Below, in pieces: positions 42,957 to 54,900 of a stretch of DNA of 64,000 nt. The position numbers were made by a program, and so were the translations under genes. Under the pieces are notes generated by a model. That model was not told where the DNA came from. It did no database searches and saw only the letters and a list, made by a program, of their open reading frames with translations. This stretch comes from Epithemia pelagica. Taxonomy: Eukaryota; Protista; Bacillariophyta. The stretch lies in contig OX337242.1 of the NCBI GenBank assembly GCA_946965045.2, forward strand, positions 1,426,001 through 1,490,000. Reading direction: 5' to 3'. Every line of letters starts with the position of its first letter. The first letter of the stretch is position 1.

Positions 42957-43758
42957 CTATTCCTTCCCTGCTCCATCAGCACCTTCCTCAGCTTGATCAG
43001 AAGTCCAAAGAGTCAGGTTATCTCGAAGAAGTTGCATAATCAGTGTTGAGTCTTTGTATGATTCTTCGTTCAGCGTATCTAATTCCGCAATCGCATCGTC
43101 GAAGGCTTGCTTGGCGATCTGACATGCTTTGTCTGGGGAATTGAGAATCTCTGAAATTTGAAAGAACAAATGAACAATTAGGGACGATTTTCTCAAAAAA
43201 GGAGATGTGAAGGAGAAGCGTCTCACCATAATAGAAAACGGAAAAATTTAAGGCCAAGCCCAGTCGAATCGGGTGAGTAGGAGGAAGTTCAGCGCCCGCG
43301 ATTCCTGATGCGGCGTTGTAAGCATCGAGAGCTGAGCTTGCTGAAGCTTTTCGCGTCTCTCCCACCTGGAACTCTGACAAGTACCGATGGTAGTCACCCT
43401 TCATCTTGTAGTAAAACACCTTTGCCTCTTCTGAAGTGGAGTTGGGAATGAGAGTGTCCAGAATGATGGAAAGAATCTCGTCACAAATATTAAAAAGCTC
43501 TGTCTCGATCTTCTCCTTGTAATCTTTGATGTGAGGTCCTTTGTCTGAGTCCCCCTTTTGCTCAATGGAGGTCACAACACGCCAAGATGCCCGTCTGGAC
43601 CCAATCACATTCTTGTATGCTACCGACAGCAAATTGCGTTCCTCAACGGTGAGCTCTTGTGGTTGCTTCGCGACCTCTTTCATGTCGGCGACCATTTCGT
43701 CAAACCGTTCGGCTTGCTCCGCAAGCTTGGCTCTATATACGAGACTGTCACGGTCCAT
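42957..43758 (-). CDS. 14-3-3 protein, copy A; intron 43151-43226
   Basis: [54 protein letters not shown] and [22 protein letters not shown] motifs. Confidence 0.97.
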
Positions 43759-44461
43759 GGTTGATTTTCAGAATGAGGGTGAGAGTGAGTTGTCAATGGC
43801 AATCGAGAACTGTTTTCGAGATGCAACCAATGGTTCACAAGGGTTAGGGATTGGATCTTGAATCCGCCCCAAACCCCAAACCCAAAATGACTCGAAGCCA
43901 ATCTTACTACTCTCAAGAGTGATGACTATTTTTTAATAATAGTTAATATATTATTGAGTTTTTCTTAACCGATAGGATGTTTTCACATCATGTCTGCTGC
44001 CGTCTGTGACGTCGACTTCATTCGGAATCGGTCGTGGGGGAATCAAGAAGTAAGAAGTGTCATCTGTCATCTTGCAGTCATTCATCTCTGTCATAGAAAA
44101 AGCACCGAACAAACCCACTGTCTGTACCGTCCGTCGGACGATACGGCAAACGCAGGGTTCTTTTCACGCATGCAGGACATCGTTCACGCGGATGTCCCAC
44201 TGTTTGCTTCTCCGATAACTGCAGCTCTCGATTCTTGATTCCCTCCATCGTTCATGCCTCGTAGAATAAGTACCAGAAGCTCTCGTAGCACTTGGGAAAA
44301 GAGGCATCTGCATTCTTCATAATCCAAATCAGTCATCGGGAGGAAAGTGCACAGCCACACCCACCACACCCAGCCCCTTCTCTCCTTCGGTCATAAGTTG
44401 GGACTGGTCCATTCGGGGACTTGCATAGGTTTTCATTTGAGAGAATTGAAAGAAATCTACA

Positions 44462-45302
44462 ATGGACCGTGATACTCTCGTATACAGAGCTAAGCTTGCT
44501 GAGCAAGCGGAACGATTCGATGAGATGGTTACTGACATGAAGGAAGTTGCCAAACAGCCGCAAGAGCTTACCGTCGAGGAACGTAATCTTTTGTCGGTGG
44601 CGTACAAGAACGTGATCGGTTCAAGACGTGCTTCTTGGCGTGTAGTGACCTCTATCGAGCAAAAAGGGGACGCTGATAAGACACCCGTCGTGAAGGACTA
44701 CAAGAATAAGATTGAATCTGAACTTGTTGATATCTGTAACGACATCCTCTCAATTATCCAAGAATCATTGATCCCCAACTCGACTTCTGAAGAGGCTAAG
44801 GTTTTTTACTACAAAATGCAAGGTGACTACCACCGCTATCTGTCAGAATTTCAAATTGGAGAGACCCGCAAGGCTTCTGCAAGTTCCGCCCTTGACGCTT
44901 ATCAAGAAGCGTCCAACATTGCCGGTGCGGACCTGCCACCAACACACCCCATCCGATTGGGTCTTGCTCTCAACTTCTCTGTTTTCTATTACGGTAAGTA
45001 CTTTATTTTGGATTTCATGCTATGCCTAAGGATCAGAGATCCATACCACCGTTTTCTAACGAATTGTCTTACGTTTGTTTGAATGAACAGAGATCTTGAA
45101 CTCTCCCGACAAGGCATGCCAAATCGCCAAGCAAGCGTTCGATGACGCCATCGCTGAATTGGACACTCTCAACGAGGAATCATACAAGGACTCTACACTT
45201 ATCATGCAGTTGCTACGTGATAACCTCACTCTGTGGACATCTGATCAAGCAGAGGGTGAAGATGGTGACGCTGCAGCTGATGGTGCTGAAGACAAAGATT
45301 AG
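44462..45302 (+). CDS. 14-3-3 protein, copy B; intron 44994-45090
   Basis: Same signature motifs and the same intron position as copy A. Confidence 0.97.
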
Positions 45303-45409
45303 ATCTTTAGCTTCGTCATTGCATGTTAATCATTTGTTCTGAAAGTGTTTCATTTCCCTCATTTCTATTCCCTGCACAACTCGACGTAGTGTGTATATGA
45401 CGTTCAATC

Positions 45410-45914
45410 TTAGAGTTGCTTCCCTTGTAGAAGAGCCAGTAGCGAAGCTATCCCACCATACACAGCAAATCCTACAGTCGCTGGGGAAAATTGTGGATAA
45501 CGATAGAAAAACGAATAATCCACAAACGGAACTCCAAGCATTCCACGACTGACTCCAATGTAGCCAATGGTTCCAGCACTCAGAAAATTATGTACAAGTG
45601 ATTGTCTGCCGTGGATAAACTCCATTGGACATTGCAAAACGTTGTAGACGTAAATACCTCCCATGTAAAGACCTTCGATAACGTCATCATCATTTAGCAA
45701 GCAAGCAATGTGAGCCCAGAACCAAACAATTCCACTCAAAGGACGAGAAATGGGAAAACATACCGACGGATCTTGGATGGAAAGCTTGTGCCACTGGAAC
45801 ACCCTGGACGACATCCAAACCAGAAAATACCACACCTGCTATGGCAGAGGGAATGATTGGTCTCGTAACGCAGTCCCTTTGATATGCGGTTGATTTCGGG
45901 TTGTACATATACAT
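45410..45914 (-). CDS. Small hypothetical membrane protein (137 aa), weak Tim17/Tim22-like resemblance; intron 45673-45763
   Basis: GTATGT...GAAG intron joins two ORFs in frame; Gly-rich hydrophobic segments. Confidence 0.6.
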
Positions 45915-46085
45915 TATGAATAATCTGGATTGCTGCCTTCACGAGCAAGAACAACAGAAGACTGCCATTGTCCATACTGATGCCGAGTTCTTTTCGGGGA
46001 GGTTGCTAGGAGTACTAGAGCTCTACTCTCTCTAGTAGAGAGGGGGGGTTGCCCTAGCCTTAGCTTTTCTGGGTGCGCGCGCCTT

Positions 46086-46093
46086 TTTCCCGC
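46086..46093 (+). promoter_or_regulatory. Candidate E2F/DP binding site TTTCCCGC
   Basis: Exact TTTSSCGC consensus in a GC-rich patch about 140 bp upstream of the SNF2/RING gene. Confidence 0.35.
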
Positions 46094-46229
46094 GCCATCC
46101 GGCGCGCATGCAGCCTGATCAGCATCACAAAAACTCGTTCCGACTTCCGACACATCCACATTCAAATCTCTATTCCATAATCCATAGGAGTACATTCGAC
46201 TGAAAATCAGGCAAGTGGAGGTCAAGAAG

Positions 46230-49200
46230 ATGAACAACGATGCAATAAATCATTCTGGAATGGTGGGCGGTAATCATAATCGGTCATTTGAAAATGGCGA
46301 ACCGCGTGGCCTTTCTTCCCTGAAGATGGACGCTCATTTAGAAAAAATCCTGGGTGAAATGGATGACAATGACAGTGACGACGATTTATTACAGGGAAGG
46401 CCCGAGTTTAAAAGGGATACGACATTGACTCAAACTGCTGCGAAAGACAGAAAGCGGAAGTCCCCGACTGATGCTTTTGAAGAGCTTCAAGAATCACATA
46501 TTTCTTCGGACCACAGATTGAGCTCGCTCCGAAAGAAGGGACGCCCACTCCGTGAAACAAAAATTGAAAGCAAATGCAATGATACGGATACTCTCGCGGT
46601 CCGCATCTCATCCTCGGTGCCAGACTCACCCACCCAACTCAACAAGCCTAAGATCAAGGAGAACATTGGAAGTCTATCGTCACTCGTTAGAAACAAAAAA
46701 CCTCCTCCTCAGAAACAAGGTACAGCTAGCAATCAAATACGTTTTCACCGAACCTGCAGCTTACCAAAACTGTCAAAGCCACTTTCATTTGATGAACAGA
46801 AGGAGAGACTTGAGAAGATTGAGCGGATGCAAGATAGGGCACTTCAAAAGATCCTCTACATGACAAACTTTCGATTCTCCCTTTTTCCGCATCAATTTGA
46901 AGCAGTTCGACGAGCAGCCGGTGTACCAGAGGACTTTCCTCTCCACAAGGGATCAAAGGTGAAGAGTCCTTTGTTAGCATCGATCAGAGATGCCGTGGTA
47001 GGATTGAAGCTGGAAGTAAATCAGCCAACAACAAGAGGTCTCTGCATTGCCGATTGTATGGGCTTGTAAGTATCACTTTGAGTGCTCGAGAGTTAAACGT
47101 TCCTGAAACTCAAGTTTGTTTTCTCACTCTGCACATCTGCCTTGTTATCATAAGAGGGAAAACAGTTGAAGCAAGTAAGTGAAATTGTTGATTTTGAAAT
47201 TTGCGGGGAGCTCGAACTAAACAAACGTTGCATCTCTACCGTAAGTTGGTGGTGCCATATTGAGCGATGCAATTGCCACAGAACGGGGTGAGAAGAAGCT
47301 CCCGATATTGGTTGTTTCACCAAACGATGCTGTCCAACTGCAGTGGCGTGACACTCTACTGTTGAATGGAGTTCCGATGTCTCGAATTGTCTGGTTCAAG
47401 AAAGGAATGACAAAAGGGTTCGAGTCGAACAATTTCATTTTATTGACACGACATACCGCCGCCGCAGAAATACGCCGAGTGTTTGATGAAAGAAGTAAAA
47501 ATACGAGGATTGATACCAAAGAGAAGCCTTCTCCTCTTTTCCCACAAGCGTCAAGAATGACTCTTGAGAGACTTCAGGATGAGTACCTGTTTGAGAAAGG
47601 AAAAAGCAGGAGAACGTGGAAGAAAGACGGGGAAATGAGGGACGATACCATTACGAGACTGATCGCGAATTGTAAGCGGAAAAATGACAGACGTAAGATT
47701 CAGCACTCCTTCCGGATGGTAGTCATTGACGAGGCGCATTTTCTAAAAGTAAGCATATTGGCTGTTTCTTGTTGGACCACGGCGTTGGCTAACTTTCTTC
47801 TGCTTTTTACTTCCAGAACAGAATAACGTTTTGGACATATGCGTGCTCATTGAGTTCCATTCATGCCCATCGAGTAGTACCACTTACTGGGACTCCCTAC
47901 AACAATGGAAGCAGCGATTTAGGAACACTAATGACAATGATTGACCCATCAAAAAAGTCGGCGAGTTCCCAATGGTGGAAGCGCTGTCTTGGGTCCAAAT
48001 CGTCGACTCGAGCCATCATTGAATCAACGAAGACGTGGCATGAAAATTTCATGCTTCGCCGTGGCAAGGAGGCCATCGCCCATTTGTTACCTCAAAAGAT
48101 TGTGACGAGAAAGATGGTGGCTGTTTCCACAAATGATCTTGACGTTTACTGCCATTATGAAGCCAAATTGGTGCACGCTCTCAAGGATTTTAACAAGATG
48201 TTGGATGCAAACAACCCTATTCATCAGGCAAAGTTGAAAAATCTCTTTCAAATCGTCATGTCCTTTATGAGTTGTATGCGCTCATCGCTTATCCATCCTC
48301 TTCTGCCTTCGCATGGAAGGGAGGTGACCAAACTATTTAGTCCCACAAGGTGCCAATTGGTCTCACCCAAAGAAGTCCCACAGTTTTGTGTTTGTTGTCA
48401 ACAGGGCCTTCGTCCTTCTGTTCCAGTAGTTAACAAAATTGACAAGCCAACTCCAACAAAACAGAGTAATGGAACTTCCCAATCAAATAATATTGATGAA
48501 ATGGAAGAAGGCGAAGACTATAACGATGACATGGCAGAAGAAGAATACGAAATCGATGACCGCCCTTTGTTCCCTCTTCCTCCGGGGATTTGCGGTGCAC
48601 GCAAACCCATTCAGCACTACGCACACCAAGAGTGCATCGACTTACTTTCGATGCAGTATATAGCTGGTGGTTGCGCAGTGAGCTGTCCGCGTTGCTTGGA
48701 CTTACAAGGACGCGCTACAGGAACTCACAACGGCGCTGTATCGTCACAAAAGTTCTGGTGTAAAGATGTGGTCCCGAGTATTCCCAAAGGATTTGCAACG
48801 TCACCAAAGTTGGATGCGGTCATTAAATGGATTCTGGATGTTCCCAAATGTGACAAAATTCTTGTTGTTAGCTTCTTCAAGGGAAGTCTAGATTTGGTCG
48901 AAGCCATCCTCATGCATGAGTTTGGATGGAACGTTGCTCGATTTGACGGAGTACGTCTGCGCTTGATTCGCTTTTGTTCAAACCAGGGACCTAAAATTGT
49001 TTTCTTTGTTTGTTTCAGGACGTCAGCCCAACGCAAAAGACTGCAGAGTTGGAACGCTTCAAACACACCGAAGATTGCCGTGTCTTGTTGATGACAGTGC
49101 AAAGCGGTGGAGTGGGATTGAACGTTGTTGAAGGAAATCACATTGCTTTCCTTGATCGTTGGTTCAACCCCTTTGTTCACGACCAGGCGGAAGATCGATG

Positions 49201-49747
49201 CTTCCGCCTAGGGCAAAAGAAAGACGTGTCAGTTCATTATTTTGACGTTGGAGCAACCGTTGACGAAGTCATGTTTCAGATTAACAAGGTGAAGCAGGAA
49301 AATTCAAAGGTAGTTCTGGCCAGTGGAGAGCAAATCGGAACTGAGACTGGCACATTGTCATACACGGAAATGTCTGGACTTGTCAGTCGCTTGATCACTG
49401 CGATTCGAGACCATCGAACTTCTTTCCTCGCGAAATACGAGAAAAACAATAGTGTGGCCATTCCTTCATATGAAGGCATCAAAGGACAGGTTGAGGAGCA
49501 CAAGCAAAAGATGAAGGATAACTCATCAGTGAACGGGAAATCCCAACAACAAAAGCCAGAGGATGGCAATGACTCCCCGCCAGAGAAGCCCCCAAAGGAT
49601 GAGGATGGTCTAGACGATGCTTCTTTTGCAGAATCAGACGACGAATGGGGTGAGAAGCACGACGCCACATCAAAAATTGGGGCAGAACCAGAGACAGTCA
49701 AGAGTGAGATGAAAACTGGGAAAGCTTCGAGGGGTAAACAAAAGTAG
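46230..49747 (+). CDS. SNF2-family helicase with embedded RING finger (Rad5/Rad16-like); exons 46230-47065, 47155-47174, 47246-47748, 47817-48950, 49019-49747
   Basis: Spliced product restores IADCMGLGKT (Walker A), IDEAHFLKN, LTGTPYNN, GVGLN, DRWFNP...DQAEDRCFRLGQ and RING ligands CVCC...H..H..C...CPRC. Confidence 0.9.
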
Positions 49748-51926
49748 ATGTAGCTTCATGTGTCAGGTTGAAACCATACTAAGTATTGGGGTGAAAGGGA
49801 ACTTTAATTGTAGCTTAATGTTTATTTCCAACTCACGCCCCAACTGAGGGCCGGTATCCGCCACGCCACAGTCTTACTGCGGCGACTGACCACTGGCGAT
49901 GCCATGGCAGTTCGGCAGGTTGAAACGAGCGGCCAAAAACTTGCTTCCTTCATAATATTGAGCTAGGCCATGCAACTTGTGGTAAGGTTATTGAGAGCAG
50001 CGTGATTTCTTCATGGCATGGACGGTCGGGAAAATGGAATAATCACTGTCATAATAGTCATCCAAATCGTCCTTCAACAATGTCGGTAACTCCAATTGCC
50101 CTTCAAAGTAATACAATTCAAATGACATTATGCAAAGACAGTTTGTGGATTGTGCGGAGTCAATGCGGAGAACAAACCGCATCAAGGCTTGAGTAAGATT
50201 GTGTCGTCCTCCAACTGTGATTTCACTCAACCATGGCATCCACACACAAGGACGACCCTGTTCCAATTGTACTCCATCTACATATTGGTACAATTCACAC
50301 ACGACAGGTTGCATTCGTTCAGTATCCTTTCGGGTTTCGAGTTTCCATTTGATGCGACCATTTGGGGAATTCAATTGGTGATTGTTGTGCGTTGCTTCGT
50401 GTCGTCTTGTCTAACGAGGACGCGGACGAATTCAGCAGTTGGGAATCAGGCAAGACTATGGATATAATAGATCCATCTGGTTGTAGTTTCAGCTGCTGGT
50501 CCTTAGACAGTCCTTCGTACTTCGTATGCATGTGGACGTATGTGGGTTGTTTGAGTCGTCTTGTTGATGGTAGCATGGCTTGTGGTGGTGATGATGTTGC
50601 TCCTTGTGATAGCAAAGGTTGAATGAGCACGAGACAAGGTATCATGTTGTTGAATCAAGCGTTCGACTTCTGGGTGGTGTTGTTTCATGACACGTTCTCA
50701 ACGTCCTGCCATGATCCCAGCGGGGTGCGTGCAAGACGCGTATTTAGACGGATCGTCTCCCTGTGGGAGCTCCGAAATGACGCAACAAACTTATCGAGGA
50801 TCAACAATACGCCAGCTAGTACTGATGCGGTACAGTGGGTTTGATTGGTCCAATAATACTTGGGACGACAACTGATGGGTTTGCGTCGAAGTTAACACAG
50901 GTGTGTAGGTGCCCACTATTGCGGTCCGATTCGGCTGGTTCCAATCGGGAAGAGTGACACTATCGTGTCCAAGGTGGATTCCAGGACAGGGTCCTGGTTT
51001 GCAAGGTGGGCACGATATTTCGCCATCTGGAATGAAAGTGGGTGACCTCTTCGCATCAGGGAACGAGAGTGGCGACCGTTCAACGGATGACAAAGGCTGG
51101 AGCAACAACAACCAATCGACTGAGTGTTCCGCCCACCAGCAGCAACCACCCCCATGGGGCGCCATTTTGCAGTCGGTCTCTTGATGATCAGGGAAATGGT
51201 GTGTGATTAATCAAACGGTATACAGTCAACAGTCATGTTGTCATCATGGTGGTTGTTCTGCCTCGTGTCTGTCGTGCGTACGATGGAGAGGATTTTTAGG
51301 TTTCGCGACCGCATCCAAGATCGGAAGAATCGGAACATATCAATCCACGCCGGGCGAGCATTCATCCAATCTTCGATATTGTATTTGAAAGCATATAGGA
51401 CGCTGTGCGCGCCAAGAAGTGGGCGCCTCGCGCGAGACAAAGCCAACAATAATTTCAGTTGGAATTAGATAGTGTATGCTTGTACAGGAATCGTGAGACT
51501 GGTCCGGCGTGTTCGCCATCACCACGGCCAATCTACTTATTACATTCTTGTTCGTGCCGCGTTCGACAGGAATACATACATTGACAACATCCGTTTGGAT
51601 TAGCGAAGGTATGGCCACACTTTCTCATCGTTCTACCAGAAGGACGACTCGAACGCACATCTTTCTAGATTTGTTGGTTTTGATTGAATTGGAGAAATGC
51701 CTTGGAGGAGACAAGACAATTGAGGTGCTCAAGTCCACGGTTCTAATTCATCGATTCGTTGAATAGTTGCTCCGAAAACGTGGCGAAACAAAACAGGAGA
51801 GAAAGAAATCAATCTGGGACGGGAAGAGCCAACGTGACGGATTTGTCGCCAAGTCATAAAGGCTGTCGGTCCCTTTTAATTGGGTGCTCCTAGTGTGGAA
51901 GAGAGTAATTGTTCGAGAACCCAACC

Positions 51927-54900
51927 ATGTCGAGCCTTCGATCGAGCAGCTTGGCGGACAAAATAAGTCGAAGCAGACGCTTGAAGCTCATGTCTTCGTC
52001 GCCTTCGCCGACGCCTAGTGTCGAAGCAAGCAAAACCAATAGCAGCGACAAAATGGAGAGTACCCTCTCAGCAAGTAAACCATCTTCTGCCTCCTCCGGT
52101 GTGCCACTATCCAAAGCTGAAAGACGCAAAAGATTGGCAAAAGCGCACATGAAGCAGACCATGGGAGGTATCCAAGCTGCAAGCTCAACTGCATCGTCTT
52201 CAGATGATGAAAAGTTACAACAGCAAACGCATTCGCAGAATGCACAACCGCCGTCTACAGCTACCAATGCTTCAAGCTTGGCTGAAAAGCGCCGTAGAGC
52301 CATGTCTCGAGTAGCGACTCGCATGGCCGCTCCACCAAAGCCCATCGCGGAGTCCTACTCGAATGAATCGTCGGGAATTTCTTCTGGTCCATCTTCCCCT
52401 CAAGAACAACAACAGAAGACAACGACTGGTTTTAGCTCTAAAGTTACTTCCTCAGCAGGATCATCTACCAAATCTAAGGAAGACCAGAGTGCGAAACAAA
52501 AACAGCAAGAAACTGGAGAGGCTCCTTCTCGAAGCAGTCATTCGCTTTATAGTAAATACTCTTCCAGGAGTATGATGCGCCGCAGCAGCCCTAGCCCGTC
52601 GCCCGCCTCCAGGTCCTCTCCCTCGAAGCAAAAAGCAGATGCGAAGGAGGAATTGGAACCGGCCAAATCAACCGAACAACCGTCAAGCAAGTCACGTTCC
52701 GTCACTTCCAAAAACAGCAGTGCTGTAAAGGCAGCGTTGGCTGCAGCTAGACCTCGCCTCCGAGGAGGACCAGAAACGTCGTCTAACATGGAGGACAAGC
52801 CACCTCTGTCGGTAGAGCACGACGATGCGGCATCCCTTTCATCACTTCGAAGTGAGAACAAGGCACCCGTTTCTTCCGCATCCAAGAAGGCAACCGCTAT
52901 TGGGGCAAACAAACGCAGATACAGAACACGAAGTCTGAGTCCAGCTCCAAATAAGATGATTTCCTTGGCGACGCCAGACGCAGTTGAAGTACAACAGACG
53001 CTTTCCCAAGAACAACCCAATGTGGAATCCATGAAACAGGAACAAGGAAAGACAGTAATTTCGATGGAACTGCCGAAGAAGCCCGTTCCAATGAAGATGA
53101 GCAAATTCATGGACAAGCAAAATCAGAATGAAAACACTACTGTCAATCATGATCAAACACCAGTCTCATCTTTGGACATTTCACCAGCTCAAGTTGCACC
53201 CTCGGCTGTTCACTTCACACCTGTGCAGCCTGTCGACGAAAAAGAACCGCAGGAAGAAAGAAAAGATGATGAAATCAACAACGAGGAGGAACCAGAAGTC
53301 AGTGCTTTGACAGGAGGTGTTGTCGAGGAACACAAGGAAGATGAAAAATCGTCCAGACTGAGTGTTTCTGAGATCAAGAACCGATTCAAAGGGTCCGCAT
53401 CCCCAGTTCCACCGCCTGTTTCATCTCATTTACATTCGCATCCTTCTTCCCATGTGCAGCACCATCCAATCCGTTCTCATTCCCCAATGACAACGTCATC
53501 TCATGGAGCTTCACGTCGAATGGTTTCCCCAGCGCCACCTGCCCATACTACAACGGCTCCAGTGCGATCTTATTCGCCGGCTCCAGTGCCTTATCAAAGA
53601 GCTTCTTCCCCAGTGGCTGGCACCCTATCGTCCGCTCCTCCCATTGAACAACCTATGCCACAACCAGTTCCTTATAGATCGGTGCAGCCGCCGCCTGGAG
53701 TTTATCGACCTACTTCTCAGGCTCCATATGTCCCGGAACCAAAGACGTCGTCCCTTACTCGTCAGGAAGAATCCCATCGTGATGAAGCACGAGAAAGGGC
53801 TCCTGTCAACACAGGAAGACAGCATGGTCCGGGATACCAAATTAATCAAAACCAAAGCACACCGGAGAGATCAAGTTTTCCTTTCAACCTCCAGTCTCGA
53901 AGAGTTGCCAGTCCAACTCCCTCTCAAGGATCTTCGAGTGTGATGGGGCGACAAACACCATCTCGTCATCTCCACCTTAATCCTGTCGTTGTTCAACCTG
54001 TTGGACTACCAGACCTTGGTCCTATATCTCCGTCAACAGTTTCTCTTGACCACAAATCGTCAGCTGATATTTCTCCGAATTCAGCAGACATGGTCAAAAC
54101 GAATCGAGAGTTCCCTTCTATTGAAAAGGTAGCGTCTTCGAAGTCTAAAGAATCCCCAAGACGGGGTGCTCCTTCACTAAGCATTCAACAGGAATTCCAG
54201 AAAGATGTATCGATGAACCCGTCCCCCCAAAGCCACGTTGATGCTGGTCGGTCTCATTTTAATCCGCATCAAAGGCGCGTTGATCATCATCAAGACACGA
54301 ACCTCTACTCTGAAACAGATGACCGTTCCTCACCTGCACTACCAACAAGATCCACGGCGGTAACCAGAACGCTTCAGCATCATTCTAATGATCGGAATGT
54401 CGACCGTGAATACGCAGGAGACCAATCGCCAAGATTGGAAACATCCTCTTCTGTAGTTGGGTCTGGAAGGGTCACTATCGAGACCCCCGAGTCTGTAAGC
54501 GTATCCAAGTTCAAGGCACAGTTTGAAAAACCGGAGAATGTTGCACTTCGTCCAGAAAAGTCTAGTGTTGTTCCTGGCAAGTGGAATCAGCAACGATCCA
54601 ATGCTTCTGAGGTTCGAGACTCTCGTCACGAACAACTCAATCGCCAATCTACAAATCAAGGCCAGAACGGTAGACCTCAGGTTCATCGAGATGTTGCCGA
54701 ACAACACGACTCATCCTCGGACCACCCGAGTTACTCGACCGGGAATGACGAGGATCAACATGCTCAAGAGATGTCTGCAAATCAGCCCAAACCAAGCATC
54801 ATGAACTACTGGAAAAATCGAATCGATGGTACTGGAAACTCTAGATCAACTGTTGAAAACCATGAACACCGAAGAGCTCCAGGGTCGCCACCACGGTCGC

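Noticed and set aside
43835-43890. GGGTTAGGG and CCCCAAACCCCAAACCC telomere-like patches
   Set aside because: Only one or two imperfect units inside the 14-3-3 promoter; not a telomeric array.
49988-51620. Chain of minus-strand ORFs (128, 108, 124, 92 aa)
   Set aside because: Could be a spliced or decayed gene, but I found no convincing splice path or domain, so nothing is called.
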